The notes under the pieces were generated by a model. The model was not told the DNA's origin. It did no database searches and saw only the letters and a list, made by a program, of their open reading frames with translations. DNA of 64,000 nucleotides from contig OX597818.1 in the NCBI GenBank assembly GCA_951406725.2, positions 78,368,001-78,432,000 of the forward strand, in the 5' to 3' direction. This stretch comes from Octopus vulgaris. Its lineage: Eukaryota. Of this stretch, positions 12,615 through 27,165 are shown in pieces; the first letter of the stretch is position 1; every line of letters begins with the position of its first letter. The translations under genes were made by a program, and so were the position numbers.

Positions 12615-13890
12615 ACGAGGTAGTAACGGTGAATAAATTGTCATCTAAATTACGCAAAAGTGAAAATAACACTGACATTTCATTTTAACAGATATCTTTA
12701 CCAAAATTACATTTAAATGTCTTGAAATACTAAAGGGTAAATTTATTCAATAAAATCGCCATTAGCTTCAACCACAGCCTCCAGGCGACTTGGAAATCTC
12801 CTGCAACTCTCCTGTACAGTTTCCTGTTAAAGTTAGTGAATGCTATCATAATCCTTGCCTTCACTCTATCTTTGGTATTACAAGGAGTTTTGATGGTCTT
12901 TCGCTCAACTGTGCCCCACACATAATAATCAAGGGTTTGCAGTCAGGGGAGTTAGGTGGCCAGATGTTAGGGGTGATGTGGTCACAGAAATTGTCTGATC
13001 GCCATGACTAGGTTTCCCTGCTTGTGTGGCATATTGCAGAGTCCTGTTACCACACAGGGTCTTTCAGCAGCCACTCTCTTGACCCAGAGCAGTACTACCT
13101 CCTCTCGGCACTTGATGTAGGCCTCCGTGTTGAGGCTGAGACCGTGTGGGAAGATGAATGGAGGCATAATGTCGCCATCACAAGTGATCACTCCAAACAA
13201 CATGATGTTGACTGGATGCTTGATATTTATCACTCTCGGTACATGTTTCTGGGACTCGGCAAGCCAACCGTTGTTCTGTATTCTCTGTCTGACCTTGACA
13301 GAAATTTTTCTCGTTTGAGAAAAACCAAAGTATGTTCCGTTGGAGGAGATGCTTGAGTTTGTTCAAAGGCTTCGTGGCGCAGTCTTTCCTCTTGTCTTTT
13401 CTCATTTTGTATGAGGAATACCGAATGTTTTCATGAACTACCTGCTTAATAAGAAACTCATCCGCTCCCATGTCCCACGTGATGAACCTGGAGTGACTTG
13501 GAGTGGTTGTTGTCAATCACGGCCTTGATCTCACCGACAAATTCAGGAGTTCTTTTCTTATCAGAACGATCAGAGTGAATTTTCCGAGTTGCCTTACCTT
13601 CGTAATCACCATTAGACGCATCCAACTCTTTCCGAATTCTCTGCTCTATCTTCAGATTGACACTCAAACTCTCTGAAATGTTAGTATTTGAACTTTCGGC
13701 GCGAATGCCAAGCAGTACATGTCGTTTCTAAATTTCTGGCAGAGTAAATTGCGTCATTGTGCTGCTTTTCTCACAGACGGTGCCCAAATGACCCTAGCAT
13801 ATGGTGTAGTCAACAAAATCAAAAACAAACAATGTGCATGTGCAAAATAAAAAATATAAAATGGCGGCAATTTACCCACCGTACCCAGTA
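12615..13890 (-). mobile_element. Tc1/mariner transposon, probably DD37D (maT)-like, decayed
   Basis: Minus-strand WFFSNEKNF, KHPVNIMLFGVITCDG and WPPNSPDCKPLDYYVWG. Imperfect TIRs (..acggtgaataaattgtc / ggcaatttacccaccgtacccagta). Confidence 0.8.
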
Positions 13891-15055
13891 TATTAATCGA
13901 AGTGTACAGTTATATATATACCCATTACAGCTGATCTTAACCGGTTTGCTTTCAAATTTAGGCACAAGGCTACCAATGTAGAAAGGAATGTGTTTGTCTA
14001 TACTAATGACCTTAGTGCATAACTCATACTTTATCTTATCGGCCTCCAAACCAGAAGAAAGAAAGGCAAAGTTAAGAACAGTATGGTACTGAAACTCAGA
14101 GCGTAAAAAGCCGGAGCAAATACCATATGTTATTTTTTCCGGCGTTGTAGTATTTCTGTTAATCCTCCACCCTTTCAGTGATTATTTCCAATTAAGCACG
14201 AGCCCAATAATTTTGTGTTAATCCATTAAATTGACCACAATTCGTTACTGGTATTTGGCTTTTATCGACCCCGGAGGAATAGAAGTGAACCTAAGGGTAA
14301 TTTGAACTCTGAATATAAGGATTCGGAACTAAATATTGCATGTTATTTTATACGGCGCTGCAGCAATTTCGCCAGAACCTTATATGTATATTTTTCTATA
14401 TAACTTAAAAATACATATTTATATATATATTTTGTCGCCAGGCGCCATATTGGCACAGTACATGCCTATATCTGAATTCAATTCAGCTTCCTTCTATATT
14501 TGTATCAACTGAAATGCAAATGATACAAATGTAGAAGGAAATCAATAAAAACCAGTTCCAAATGAGATTCTTTACAAAATGAGAGTGTTAAGACAAAATT
14601 AACCTATGATCTTACACACTAGAAAAGCGTATAAAATAGCCAAGGGAAGTTACCTCGTACCTTTATTCTTTGAATTATCTCTCTTGTCAGAAGTTACGCT
14701 TAAACTGACAATGATATATTTAAAACCTGATATATTTTGGTTTAGCCTTAAGTCATGATCAGCCTAGTTAAGCAGCCATATGATCAAAGGCGAACTGGTT
14801 ATAGCCACCCTGTCTTTTGCATATCCTCGTGCGTACTCACACACACAACATGGCAACACCCTTAGTGCTGAAAAATATAGAAGAATAAAAGAATAAACAC
14901 ACACGCACACATAAATGTAGGTATATCTATATCTATCTATCCAATACACGCGCGGGCCCACATGTATGTACATATATCTGTTATCTGTCTGTGTATCTCT
15001 CTGTATCTTTGCTATATGTAGAGAGATAGCAGATATATATATATATATATATATC

Positions 15056-15453
15056 AGGAGTGGCTGTGTGGTAAGTAGCTTGTTTACCAACCACATGGTT
15101 CCGGGTTCAGTCCCACTGCGTGGCATCTTGGGCAAGTGTCTTCTGTTATAGCCCCGGGCCGACCAAAGCCATGTGAGTGGATTTGGTAGACGGAAACTGA
15201 AAGAAGCCTGTCGTATATATGTATATATATATGTGTATGTGTTTGTGTGTCTGTGTTTGTACCCCTAGCATTGCTTGACAACCGATACTGGTGTGTTTAC
15301 GTCCCCGTCACTTAGCGGTTCGGCAAAAGAGACTGATAGAATAAGTACTGGGCTTACAAAGAATAAGTCCCGGGGTCGATTTGCTCGACTAAAGGCGGTG
15401 CTCCAGCATGGCTGCAGTCAAATGACTGAAACATGTAAAAGAGTAAAAGAGTA
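15056..15453 (+). mobile_element. Full-length tRNA-derived SINE (family A)
   Basis: CAGGAGTGGCTGTGTGGTAAG head, GGTTCAGTCCC B-box, internal (TA)/(TG) tract and GTAAAAGAGTAAAAGAGTA tail. Confidence 0.92.
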
Positions 15454-15456
15454 TAC

Positions 15457-15496
<40 letters not shown>

Positions 15497-15559
15497 CACC
15501 ACTCATCTTTTGCTTAGCCTTAATACCTCTCTCAAAATTGCTCAATGACGCACAGTACG

Positions 15560-16830
15560 GATATAGAACGACTTTATCTGCCAAGAAAAGAGGGAGGCCG
15601 TGGACTTTTACAACTGGCAATACCAATGAAGATTGCTACAATTGGCCTAGACACCTACCTGAAAAACTCTGAGGACTGGATGTTAAAACTTGCTTCAAAA
15701 CATGAAAACAAGAAAGCATCATACTCAGTAACAAAACAGGCAAAGGAATATCTAAGTGAATTCCAAATACAACAAATTTCGGAATTAGACACACAAGGAA
15801 CAAGCACAGAAAAAGCTAAGCGCATGAAAACTCGTGCTAAAACTGCTGCCTTAGATATTCTGAATGGTAAATGGCAAGAAAAACCTCTCAATGGCAAATA
15901 CCCAAAGAGAGTGAATAATGCAGATGTTGACAAAGCCCTGACCCATCAATGGCGAATGGCCTCTGGCTTAAAATCTGAAACAGACGGGTTTATCATAGCA
16001 GCTCAAGATCAATGCCTACCTACAAGGAACTACTAGGCCAATATATATTAAAGAACGGCAGTAGCCCAACATGTCGTGTATGTCAACAACAAAATGAAAC
16101 CATAGATCATGTTATCTCCAAGTGCAGTCTTCTTGCGCCTAAAGAGTATCTCAACAGGCATAATAGAGCTGCACAATATATTCACTGGGTAATTTGCAAA
16201 AGCCTCAACTTGCCCCATGATAAAAACTGGTGGGAACACAAACCACCTCCAGTGCTTGAAAATGACCACATCTCACTCCTCTGGAACTTCACCATTCAAA
16301 CTGACAGAAAGATAAACACGAATAGGCCAGACATCATAGTAAAAGACTTCAGACAAAAAACATGCCTCCTCATTGATATGACTGTCCCAATCAATATAAA
16401 CGTATCTGTCAAGACCTACCAGAAACTGAGCAAATATAAAGATCAAGAAATAGAAATCAGCATAATGTGAAACCTGAAGTCTAAAACAATACCTGTTGTC
16501 ATAGGTGCTCTGGGAATGATAGCAAAAGGGGCTTATTGCTACCTAACTCAGATACCAGGAAACCCCAAAATGGCAGAAATTCAAAAGATAGTGCTCATGG
16601 GAACTGCTCATATCCTACGCAAAATACTTTCTATGTAATCTCAAATTTTAAAACAAACATAATTTTCGTATGGTCTTTTTAGACATTCACTAGTACAATA
16701 CTAAGTACAAAACCAAATATATGGCACAGTAGGCATAACACCAACATGAACTTCCAACTTGTTGTCTCTTGAGGTCTCTGGGTGAGACTTGGAGCCAGCT
16801 TGTGCAAATGTAAAGCGAAAGTCAAACATA

Positions 16831-16832
<2 letters not shown>
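15560..16832 (+). mobile_element. R4/Dong-type RLE LINE (family A), 5'-truncated
   Basis: GGRGL, AAQDQ, CCHC knuckle CRVC..ETIDHVISKC, RHN, NRPDII, LIDMTVP and KLSKY. The 3' UTR ends directly in (TAA)n. Confidence 0.93.
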
Positions 16833-16914
<82 letters not shown>

Positions 16915-16948
16915 TAATAATAATAATAATAGTAATAATAATAATATA

Positions 16949-18610
<1,662 letters not shown>

Positions 18611-18634
18611 ATATATAATATATATATATATATA

Positions 18635-19036
18635 TAGGAGAGGAAAAATTATAATAAGGCAGAATGCTAAATTGAAAGTAACTTTTAATAAAAATGGGTG
18701 TATGAAAAATAAAAAATAAATTTAAAAATTAAACCTGTTTTCATTGCAAGGCAAATTTTCAGGATTTGGAAGAGGAAAAAGAAATTTACAATGTTTATTC
18801 AAAAAAATAATTTTTGTATATATGTATTATTATTTTTTTGAAAAGACATTGTAAATTTCTTTTTCCCCTTCCTCAATTTAAAAAAAAAAATTTCCCCTTA
18901 CAAATCCTGAAAATTTGCCTTGCAATGAAAACCGGTTTGATTTATTATTTTTTCTTTTTTAATTTTTCATAAACCCTTTTTATTAAAATTTACTTTCAAT
19001 TTAGCATTCTGCCTTATTATAATTTTTCCTCTCCTA
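18635..19036. mobile_element. ~400 bp palindrome adjacent to (TA)n, with degenerate hammerhead
   Basis: Termini TAGGAGAGGAAAAATTATAATAAGGCAGAATGCTAAATTGAAAGTA match in inverted form. The right arm reads aaatc-CTGAAAA-ttgc/gcaa-GAAAACCGGTT-tgattt. Confidence 0.8.
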
Positions 19037-19081
19037 TCATTTATCCACGTGCAGTTAACACAACCCCACTATTTACTGACT

Positions 19082-19128
<47 letters not shown>

Positions 19129-19188
19129 CTGTATATCCATTCTGTCTGTATTGTATGTCTGCAATGTCTGTCTGTCTGTCTGTCTGTC

Positions 19189-19280
<92 letters not shown>

Positions 19281-20134
19281 CAGATAGACAGACAAACGGA
19301 CAGACAGACAAGCAGGCAGATAGACAGACAGATCAATTGTATCACCTGCAGTCCCAAAATATATATGCCTTTTAAATTTAACAAATTGCCCTTGAATACT
19401 ATCAGATTGTCATCTCAACTAATTATGTAATAATTAAACATGCATATGTGCCCTCAGTACAAGCTGTGCTTAATTAATTTCCATGTAAAATATTTGTGTT
19501 GTTCCATTTTACTGTAGTTCAACATATTTTTTAGATTAGTCAGAGAAAGAAGGTCAATTCCCATGACAGTTGTGAAACTGGTGGAGGCAAAGGGTGAAAG
19601 TGATAGCCAGCCCAGAACCCTTTTTAGCAAAATGGATCCAACTAAAAGTACTTAGTGAAGTCACCTCTGGTGGTTAAGTCAGAGTTTAAGCACCATGTTA
19701 AACTCTGGTTTAACCACTGGGTTTTAAATCAGTGTTTAATCCTTTAGCATTCAAACTGGCTATATCAGGCCAACATATTTAACTGGCCAGATCTGGGCTC
19801 TAGCCACAATCCTACAAAGCCATTCTAAAACTAAACAATCACATCATCGAAATCTCTAAACTTCAAGATAGTGCATGGTTAATTTGACAGAATAATCTGA
19901 ACACCCCAGGGGCGTGAAACTGGGTTATGAATAAAGCTTGCTACACAAGAACTGAAGCATTACTTCTAATGAGCTCTCACACAGGTTTTGTTGACTTGAG
20001 ACTATCATATTAGGCAGGAGCGAAGTCTTGTCATATTTAAAGATGAGAAAGAAACAAATGCTTCTTTCATCTTAATTGATATATATTTAATTAAGATAAT
20101 ATTTTTTGTCATTATTGATAATATCATCTCATCT

Positions 20135-21677
20135 TACATTATTTACATTTGACAGATATTTGTCCTCATCATGTTAACACAACGTTTCAGCTGATATACC
20201 CTCCAGCCTTCTTCAGGTGTCTTGGGGAAATTCGAACCTGGGTTCTCATTCCTAGGGTATTTTTCGATATTATTATTATTACTGCTATTATTATTATCGA
20301 ACTCGGAATCTTGGGGTTAGTAGCCTGTGCTCGTAACCACTACGCCATATGCCTGTGGGCAATTATGGAGTGAATTTTAGGGCTTATAAATCCAATATTC
20401 TATCTTCTTTAATACTGGTTTCCATATGCTATTCATATCTGCACTTGGTCTGTTTAGGAGGTTGTTGTGTCCTAGTGTATGTGCTGCTTTTAGTTTTCGT
20501 ATTTTCTAGTGGTATTCTCTGTCTATTATTTTAACTTCATCCCACAGGGGATATACCTGATTTATCAATATCTCCTTGTGTCACAGCTTTGCGATGTTTG
20601 TCTACCCTTATTTTGAGGGGGCAGCATGTTTTGCCTTTGTATAACCTACCACAGTTGCATGGGATGGAGTACATGCATTCTTTGGTCATATTCTCTTCTA
20701 TTGGTGGTTTTTTCGAAGGAGATATTTGCGAAGTGTTGTATTACTCTTAAATATTGTTCTGATGTCATATGGGCCACGTATCTTTTGTATCTTTTCAGTG
20801 AGGCCTTTCACATAGGGTAGACAGACAGTGGACTGTTTATTGACCTCAACCTCTCTCTCAGCCTTCCACTCTAATTATGAAGAAGCAAGAAGATGAGGCC
20901 AATAAATTGTCCACAGTCTGTCTAGCCTATGTGAAAGGCCTCTCCAAAAAGATACAAAAGATATGCAGCCCATATGACATCAGGACAGTATTCAAGAGTA
21001 ATACAACACTTCACAAATATCTCCTTCGAGCAAAACCACCAATAGAAGAGAATATGACCAAAAACTGCGTGTACTCCATCCCAACTAGCTGTGGTAGGTT
21101 ATACAAAGGCGAAACATGCCGCCTCCTCAAAATAAGGGTAGAGAAACATCACAATGCTGTGACACGAGGAGATATTGATAAATCAGGTATAGCTGGTCAT
21201 GGGATGAAGTTAAATTAATAGACAGAGAACACCACTGGAAAATACGAAAACTAAAAGAAACAGTACATATGCTAGGACACAACAACCTCCTAAGCAGATC
21301 GAGTGCAGAAGCAGCATATGGGAACTGGTATTAAGGAAGGATACAAAAATATTAGATTTATAAGCCCTAAAATTCACTCCATAATTGCCCACGGGCATAT
21401 GGCATAATGGTTAAGAGCGTGGGCTACTAAACCCAAGATTCCAAGTTTGATTCCCAGCAGTGACTTGAACACTAAGAACAACAACAATGGTAATAGCAAT
21501 AACATTAAAAAATACCTCAGGAATGAGAACTCAGGTTCGAAATTTCCCCAAGACACCTGAAGAAGGCTGGAGTGTATATCAGCCGAAACACTGTGTTAAC
21601 AACAAACAAGATGAGGACAAATATCCGTTGAATGTAAATAATGTACATAATCACTCATCTCTTAAATATGGAACTGT
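20135..21677. mobile_element. Penelope-like element: head-to-head palindrome of GIY-YIG 3' region plus pLTR
   Basis: Right arm 20894-21363 encodes LAYVKGLSKKI..NCVYSIPTSCGRLYKGETCR.LK.RV.KH..SGIAGH..RKLKE (PLE GIY-YIG). Left arm 20135-20848 is its reverse complement. 13-bp TSD TATCATCTCATCT at 20122-20134 and 21680-21692. Confidence 0.92.
20176..20222 (-). ncRNA. Minimal type I hammerhead ribozyme
   Basis: Minus strand: GACAC-CUGAAGA-a-GGCUG-loop-CAGCU-GAAA-CG-UU^-GUGUU. Stem I is GACAC/GUGUU and stem III is reduced to the AACGUU palindrome. Confidence 0.75.
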
Positions 21678-22781
21678 ATTATCATCTCATCTGTTATTCC
21701 TCTAGGTGTAAAATTCTTTAAGTTTCAAAGCAAAGAAACACTCAATATCATTTTTAACTTCTTCACAATTAATAAACTGTTTTCCTCTCTAAATAATATT
21801 GCTATGAATTTTCCTCAACTATAGTTTTACAGAAACGCAATATTGGTAGAACTTGGTCTTTGAGATAGAGGGAAATCTATGAGAGAAACATTTCTCCAGT
21901 GAAACTGGCCACAACACTTCACATATCTGGACACTTAGAGCTTCATTTAAATAGACTGAACAAATATTTCTTGGGTTTGATCTAAATTCATTTTAAAAGG
22001 TAATAATCTGTAAAAAGAAAGAAAAGAAAAATAAAGAAAAGAAAAGAAAAAAGAAAAAAAAGAGAAGGAAAATGAAATAACATTAGAATCCAAAAATTGA
22101 TGCTTATTTTACTGTAAGTATTGAAAAAGTACTCCCAAATTGATCATTCAAATATGTGAAAGAGATACTTTCTAACCTCATAGAAAGCAGTCAAGGCTCC
22201 AAAATGAGGGATTAAACTCAAAATCATAGTCACAAAGTGAATCTTTTAATCACATGGCCATTGACTAAGCTATACTTACATAGTGTTGTATGTTGACACA
22301 TTGAAAACCTATTTCATTTATTACTTTGTGGTGCCAATTGCGACTGAGTAAAAACCAAAAGAATTTCTAATTTAAGAGACTTGCTTAATTTGTCGATCAT
22401 TACAAACCCAAATAAGTTGATATTAAAATGATCTCAAGTACTATTTTGAACATAGATATATAATGGTTATATCAGCAACCACAAGACTTATTATTCTCTG
22501 TTGTTACTCTTAGTCATAGTTCTGCAATAATTTTCACAACTTATTATCCATTACCCCATATCATTAACCTAATTATGACCTCTCTAATTATTTTCATGTT
22601 ATATTTTCTATCTTCACTTGTATTTACCCGCTCTTCTATCTATCTCGGAGATTTCTGTCTGTCTGTCTATCTGTCAGTCGGTCTATCTGTCTATCTAATT
22701 TTCTTTCTTTCTTTCTTCCTTTCTTCCATCATTCCTCTCTATCTATTTGCCTGTCTGTCTGTCTCAATCTCTATCAAACTT

Positions 22782-22848
<67 letters not shown>

Positions 22849-22988
22849 GTCTGTCTGTCTATCTGTCTGTCTATCTGTCTGTCTGTCTGTCTGCCTGTCT
22901 GTCTGTCTGTCTACTTATCTGTCTGTCTGTCTGTCTGTCTGTTTTAGTCTCTATCTTATCTGTCAATCTGTACATTTGTCTAGCTGTA

Positions 22989-23102
<114 letters not shown>

Positions 23103-23144
23103 ATTTCTTTCATTCTTCTTTTCTTTCTTCCTTCCTATCAATGA

Positions 23145-23510
23145 ATCCGGGTTCAGTCCCACTGCGTGGCACCTTGGTCAAGTGTCTTCTACTATAGCCT
23201 CAGACCGACCAAAGCCTTGTGAGTTGATTTGGTAGACAGAAACTGAAAGAAGCCCATCCTATATATGTATATTATATATAAATGTATGTGTGTATATGTT
23301 TCTGTGTCTGTGTTTGTCCCCCCAACATCGCTTGACAACCGATGCTGGTGTGCTTACGTCTCCGTAACTTAGTGGTTCGGCAAAAGAGACCGATATAATA
23401 AGTACTAGGCTTACAAAGAATAAGTCCTGGGGTCGATTTAGTTGACTAAAGGCGGTGCTCCAGCATGGCCACAGTCAAATGACTGAAACAAGTAAAAGAG
23501 TAAAAGAGTA
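23145..23510 (+). mobile_element. tRNA-derived SINE (family A), A-box truncated
   Basis: Near-identical to 15100-15453. Confidence 0.92.
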
Positions 23511-23714
23511 ATATATATATAATAATATTAGGGAGTATGGCTCCAAACTTACAGGGTAAAAATCGATTTAGAATTAAATCAAATTTCACAGTATAAAAAA
23601 AAATTATATATATATTATATATTATATTAATTGTATTTATATTATTTGTTATTTATGTATTGGTTTATGTCTTCCACTGTTTGAGTTGCATAATAGTGGT
23701 TTTATCTCTAATTC

Positions 23715-23746
<32 letters not shown>

Positions 23747-24160
23747 CCCATCTGTATGTGCATATCTATTTGTTCCTGCCACACATCACTTAACAATTGC
23801 TGTTGGTTTGTTTACCCCCCTAAAAAAAAATAAGTACTAATGTCAATTTATTCGACTGAACCCTTCAAAGCGATGCACCAGCATGACCTCAATCCAATAA
23901 CTGAAACAAGTAAAAGATAGATGATAAAATATAAACAGCATAATTCAAAGAGTTCTGAACAATTTTCTTACCGAAAACAACAATGACTGTTTCACTGTCT
24001 GAATCTAGGTCGTTCATCTCCGTTGTGGTCAACCACAAACTTCATTGATATAACAGGCGAATCGATGAAGATAGCTCTAAATGGTCGCTTAACTGTTAAA
24101 CTGCGGGAAATGGTTGCATGAGTGTATCATAATACATACATACATACATACATACATACA

Positions 24161-24196
<36 letters not shown>

Positions 24197-25974
24197 TGTA
24201 TATATAGACAAAAATAAAGTGATAATTATCTCCTTTCTCTTAGGGTAATTTTGATACTTATTTTCATTTTAAATAAGTTTAAAAACTATAATTGTTATTT
24301 TTTCGCACACTTACACGTATTATCTCATTATCGAAAAGTGTTTTAAAATATTTACTTTCTTTTGATGATGGCTGTGTCCATATAAACTATTTGAAACATC
24401 AAGTGTTATGCTCTGCTCTTCTCTAATGGATCATTAATTGATGATGTTCGCCTTCTAAGGGTTAAAATAGCTGCTAAATCTCTCTTGAAAAACACACTGT
24501 TGTCCTTAGGTAAGAAAGGACGTATTGTTTATGTAGTCCAGAGTTTACTATACCTAGAAAGAAATCGAGGTGGTCACGGCTGGAACTTTTTCTGATTAGA
24601 GGTTTTCCCAATCAGGATCGTCATTGAAGGTAAACAACAATGATAAAATGAACAAAAAAAATTTTAAAACATCACCAAAAAAAAAAAAAAAAAGAAAGCA
24701 CAAAGGCACAATGAACATTAAACGAAACAGTAGAACGGATGAGGGTCTCTCTACGAGGACTCTCTACAGGCCAGAAATAGTAGCCATATCACTCTCAAAA
24801 CATCGCCTCATCCTAACATTTTGTTTAAAAAGTGAATGACATCTTAGAGAATGTAGTTCTAAATAGTTGGCCTTCAATCGATGGGATGGTCACGGTTGAA
24901 GTGTCTCTGAACATGTTCCTGTTTGATTAGATCAACAGCTACTACAAAACCACAATAAAGACCATAATCACATCCACCACCAAACACTACCTCCGCTACT
25001 ACCATCACTACAACAAAAACAGCTACAAACCCCTCCAACCGCAACTTCAACCACAACCATGATAACTACCAACTCTATCACCCCCACCACCGCACTCTCA
25101 CTACTGCCACACTCTCACTATCCCCATCATTACCACCTTCACACCACCACCACAACCACCACCACCACTACCATCGAACCCTCAAAATATGTACCAATCT
25201 AGATCTGGGGTAGCTGATAACGACTTAACTCCTTTCCTCAAAATCATTGGCATTGTATGTTAATGGAAAATAATTTTTTAACTAAACAACTAAGGGGGAC
25301 AACTCCGAAAATTTCTTCTGCTTGAAGTTTGAGCGCAAAAAATGGTGAAGACAGAGGATATAAGGACCAATCGATCAGTTGATCTGTATCTAATCGCTCC
25401 ATTGACTGATTGTTCAAAGTCGGCTTGACAAAAGCTGTCTTGGGGTTAAGTATGAACAGCGTTTACAACAAAAGAAAAACAACAGAAGCAACAGGAAACA
25501 CCATTTGATCATATGCAATACGACAGTCATTTGAACTCCAATTACGCTATCTAAACCGTGTTGTTTTTAATTAAACACACCTCATTCAACATACATTTAC
25601 TCTAGCCAGCTTATTATAACTTGTTATCTTTGCATGACTAAATACACTTCGCTCTGAATCATCTGCCATTTTCCTTGGATTTACCACTAATTCATATCGC
25701 TGACTCGAGATAATCGACACCTTCAATTGTGAACCAGGTTATGTTCATCACGGATTGATCTGTGATAACACTGGTCGTCGATCGGTCGAAGAGTCTGCTG
25801 GTACCACAAAAGCATGCTCCAGTGACCACCCACAATACTCAGCTACTCAATGCACTGACCATCACTTATGTTTCCATGATCGTGCTGCGAGGCAGTGTAT
25901 TTTTATACAGATTTACGTACTCATACTCATTAAAATGGGGTATCATGAAGAGAAAAATATGATGGTACCTGATC

Positions 25975-26115
25975 CTAACAAACGGCGCAGATGAATGTAT
26001 TCTCTTCAAGAAAAGGCAGAAACGATCAAGAAAGTATGTGACGGTGGAAGCTTCGCTATTTTGGGCCACAAGTTTGGTGTCAATGAATCTACCATTCATT
26101 TCAATTACAAAGTGC
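25975..26115 (+). mobile_element. Tigger/pogo N-terminal HTH remnant
   Basis: KRR..YSLQEKAETIKKVCDGGSFAILGHKFGVNESTIH resembles the CENP-B/psq HTH of Tigger transposases. Confidence 0.6.
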
Positions 26116-26461
26116 ATGGAGATAAAACATTTATCACTTTTTATTTTCTTTTTTCTGGAACTAAAAATCCGTGACAAACGAATAAAGATGTATAAAAAAT
26201 AGTATAAACAGTGGTAAAGTGTCGGATTAAATTGTTTGTCTTTTAATTCTTTACGGTTCGAGGTTCAAATTGCGCTGAAGTATAAGTTGTCCTTCATTCT
26301 CCCTTTAAACAATAAAAATAAGTACCAGATATTAAATTGACACCAACTGACTAAGGCCAATTAGGATGCAAGGTGGTGAGTGATTTTCCAAGGTTAATGG
26401 ACCTGTTAGAAATGACAGCTAAATCTCTTTCAATTCATATTATGTTCTGAACAGCCCATGG

Positions 26462-26730
26462 TGAAGGTGCGTGGTCTTGTAGTCGGGTTGTTGCACTTAC
26501 GATCGCAAGATTAGGGTTTCGATTCCCAGACCGGGAAGTGTGTTGTGCTCTTGAGAAAAACACTTCACTTCATGTTGTTCCAATCTGCTCAACTATAAAT
26601 GAGTAATCCTGCTATAGACTGGCGTCCCGTCCAGGGATAATGTTGGTCACTTATGCGCCAGGGAAACCGGGTAAGCGACTTAATGAGTCCTAGAGCTCGA
26701 GACAGTAATATCCATGATGATGATGATGAT
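26462..26730 (+). mobile_element. tRNA-headed SINE with V-SINE-like core and (GAT)n tail
   Basis: B-box GGTTTCGATTCCC, then gactggcgtcccgtccaggg..ggaaaccggg and a gatgatgat tail. Related heads occur at 36958-37285 and 43380-43645. Confidence 0.6.
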
Positions 26731-26739
26731 CTGAGAAAT

Positions 26740-27165
26740 AATCCTTTTTACTAAAGGCACAATGTCTGAAATTTTAGGAGAGGGGGACTAGTCGATTACA
26801 TCGACCTCAGTGACTCACTGGTACTTAATTTTCAACCCCGAAAGGATGAAAGGCAAAGTCGACCTCTGCGGAATTTGAACTCAGAACCTCAAGGCGAACG
26901 AAATACCGCTAAGCATTTTGTCTCGCCGTGCTAATGATTGTTCCAGCTCGCCACCTTAATGACAATAATAATAATGATGATGATGATTTCAAATTTTTGC
27001 CACAAGTGCAGCTTGCGGGAGGGGATTAATTCGATTACATCGACCCTGGTGCGTAACTGGTACTTATTTAATCGTCCCCGAAAAAACGAAAAGCAAAGTT
27101 GACCTCGGTGGAATTTGAACTCAGAACGTCAAGGCGGACGAAATGCCGCTAAGCATTTCGCCGCC
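26740..27165 (-). mobile_element. Two tandem family B SINEs
   Basis: Each contains cccgaaa..gaaa.gcaaagt.gacctc...ggaatttgaactcagaac, the reverse complement of the family B core. Confidence 0.85.

Noticed and set aside
14437-14455. YY1/Kozak-like AATATGGCGCC on the minus strand as a gene start
   Set aside because: The frame closes within a few codons in an (AT)n run and no donor site is evident.
19538-19655. Short open frame after ttttag as an orphan exon
   Set aside because: No recognisable homology and no supporting neighbouring exons.
25715-25994. Cys-containing ORF (FNCEPGYVHHGLICDN) resembling a Sushi/EGF exon
   Set aside because: No convincing splice sites or Cys spacing, and it runs into a Tigger remnant.
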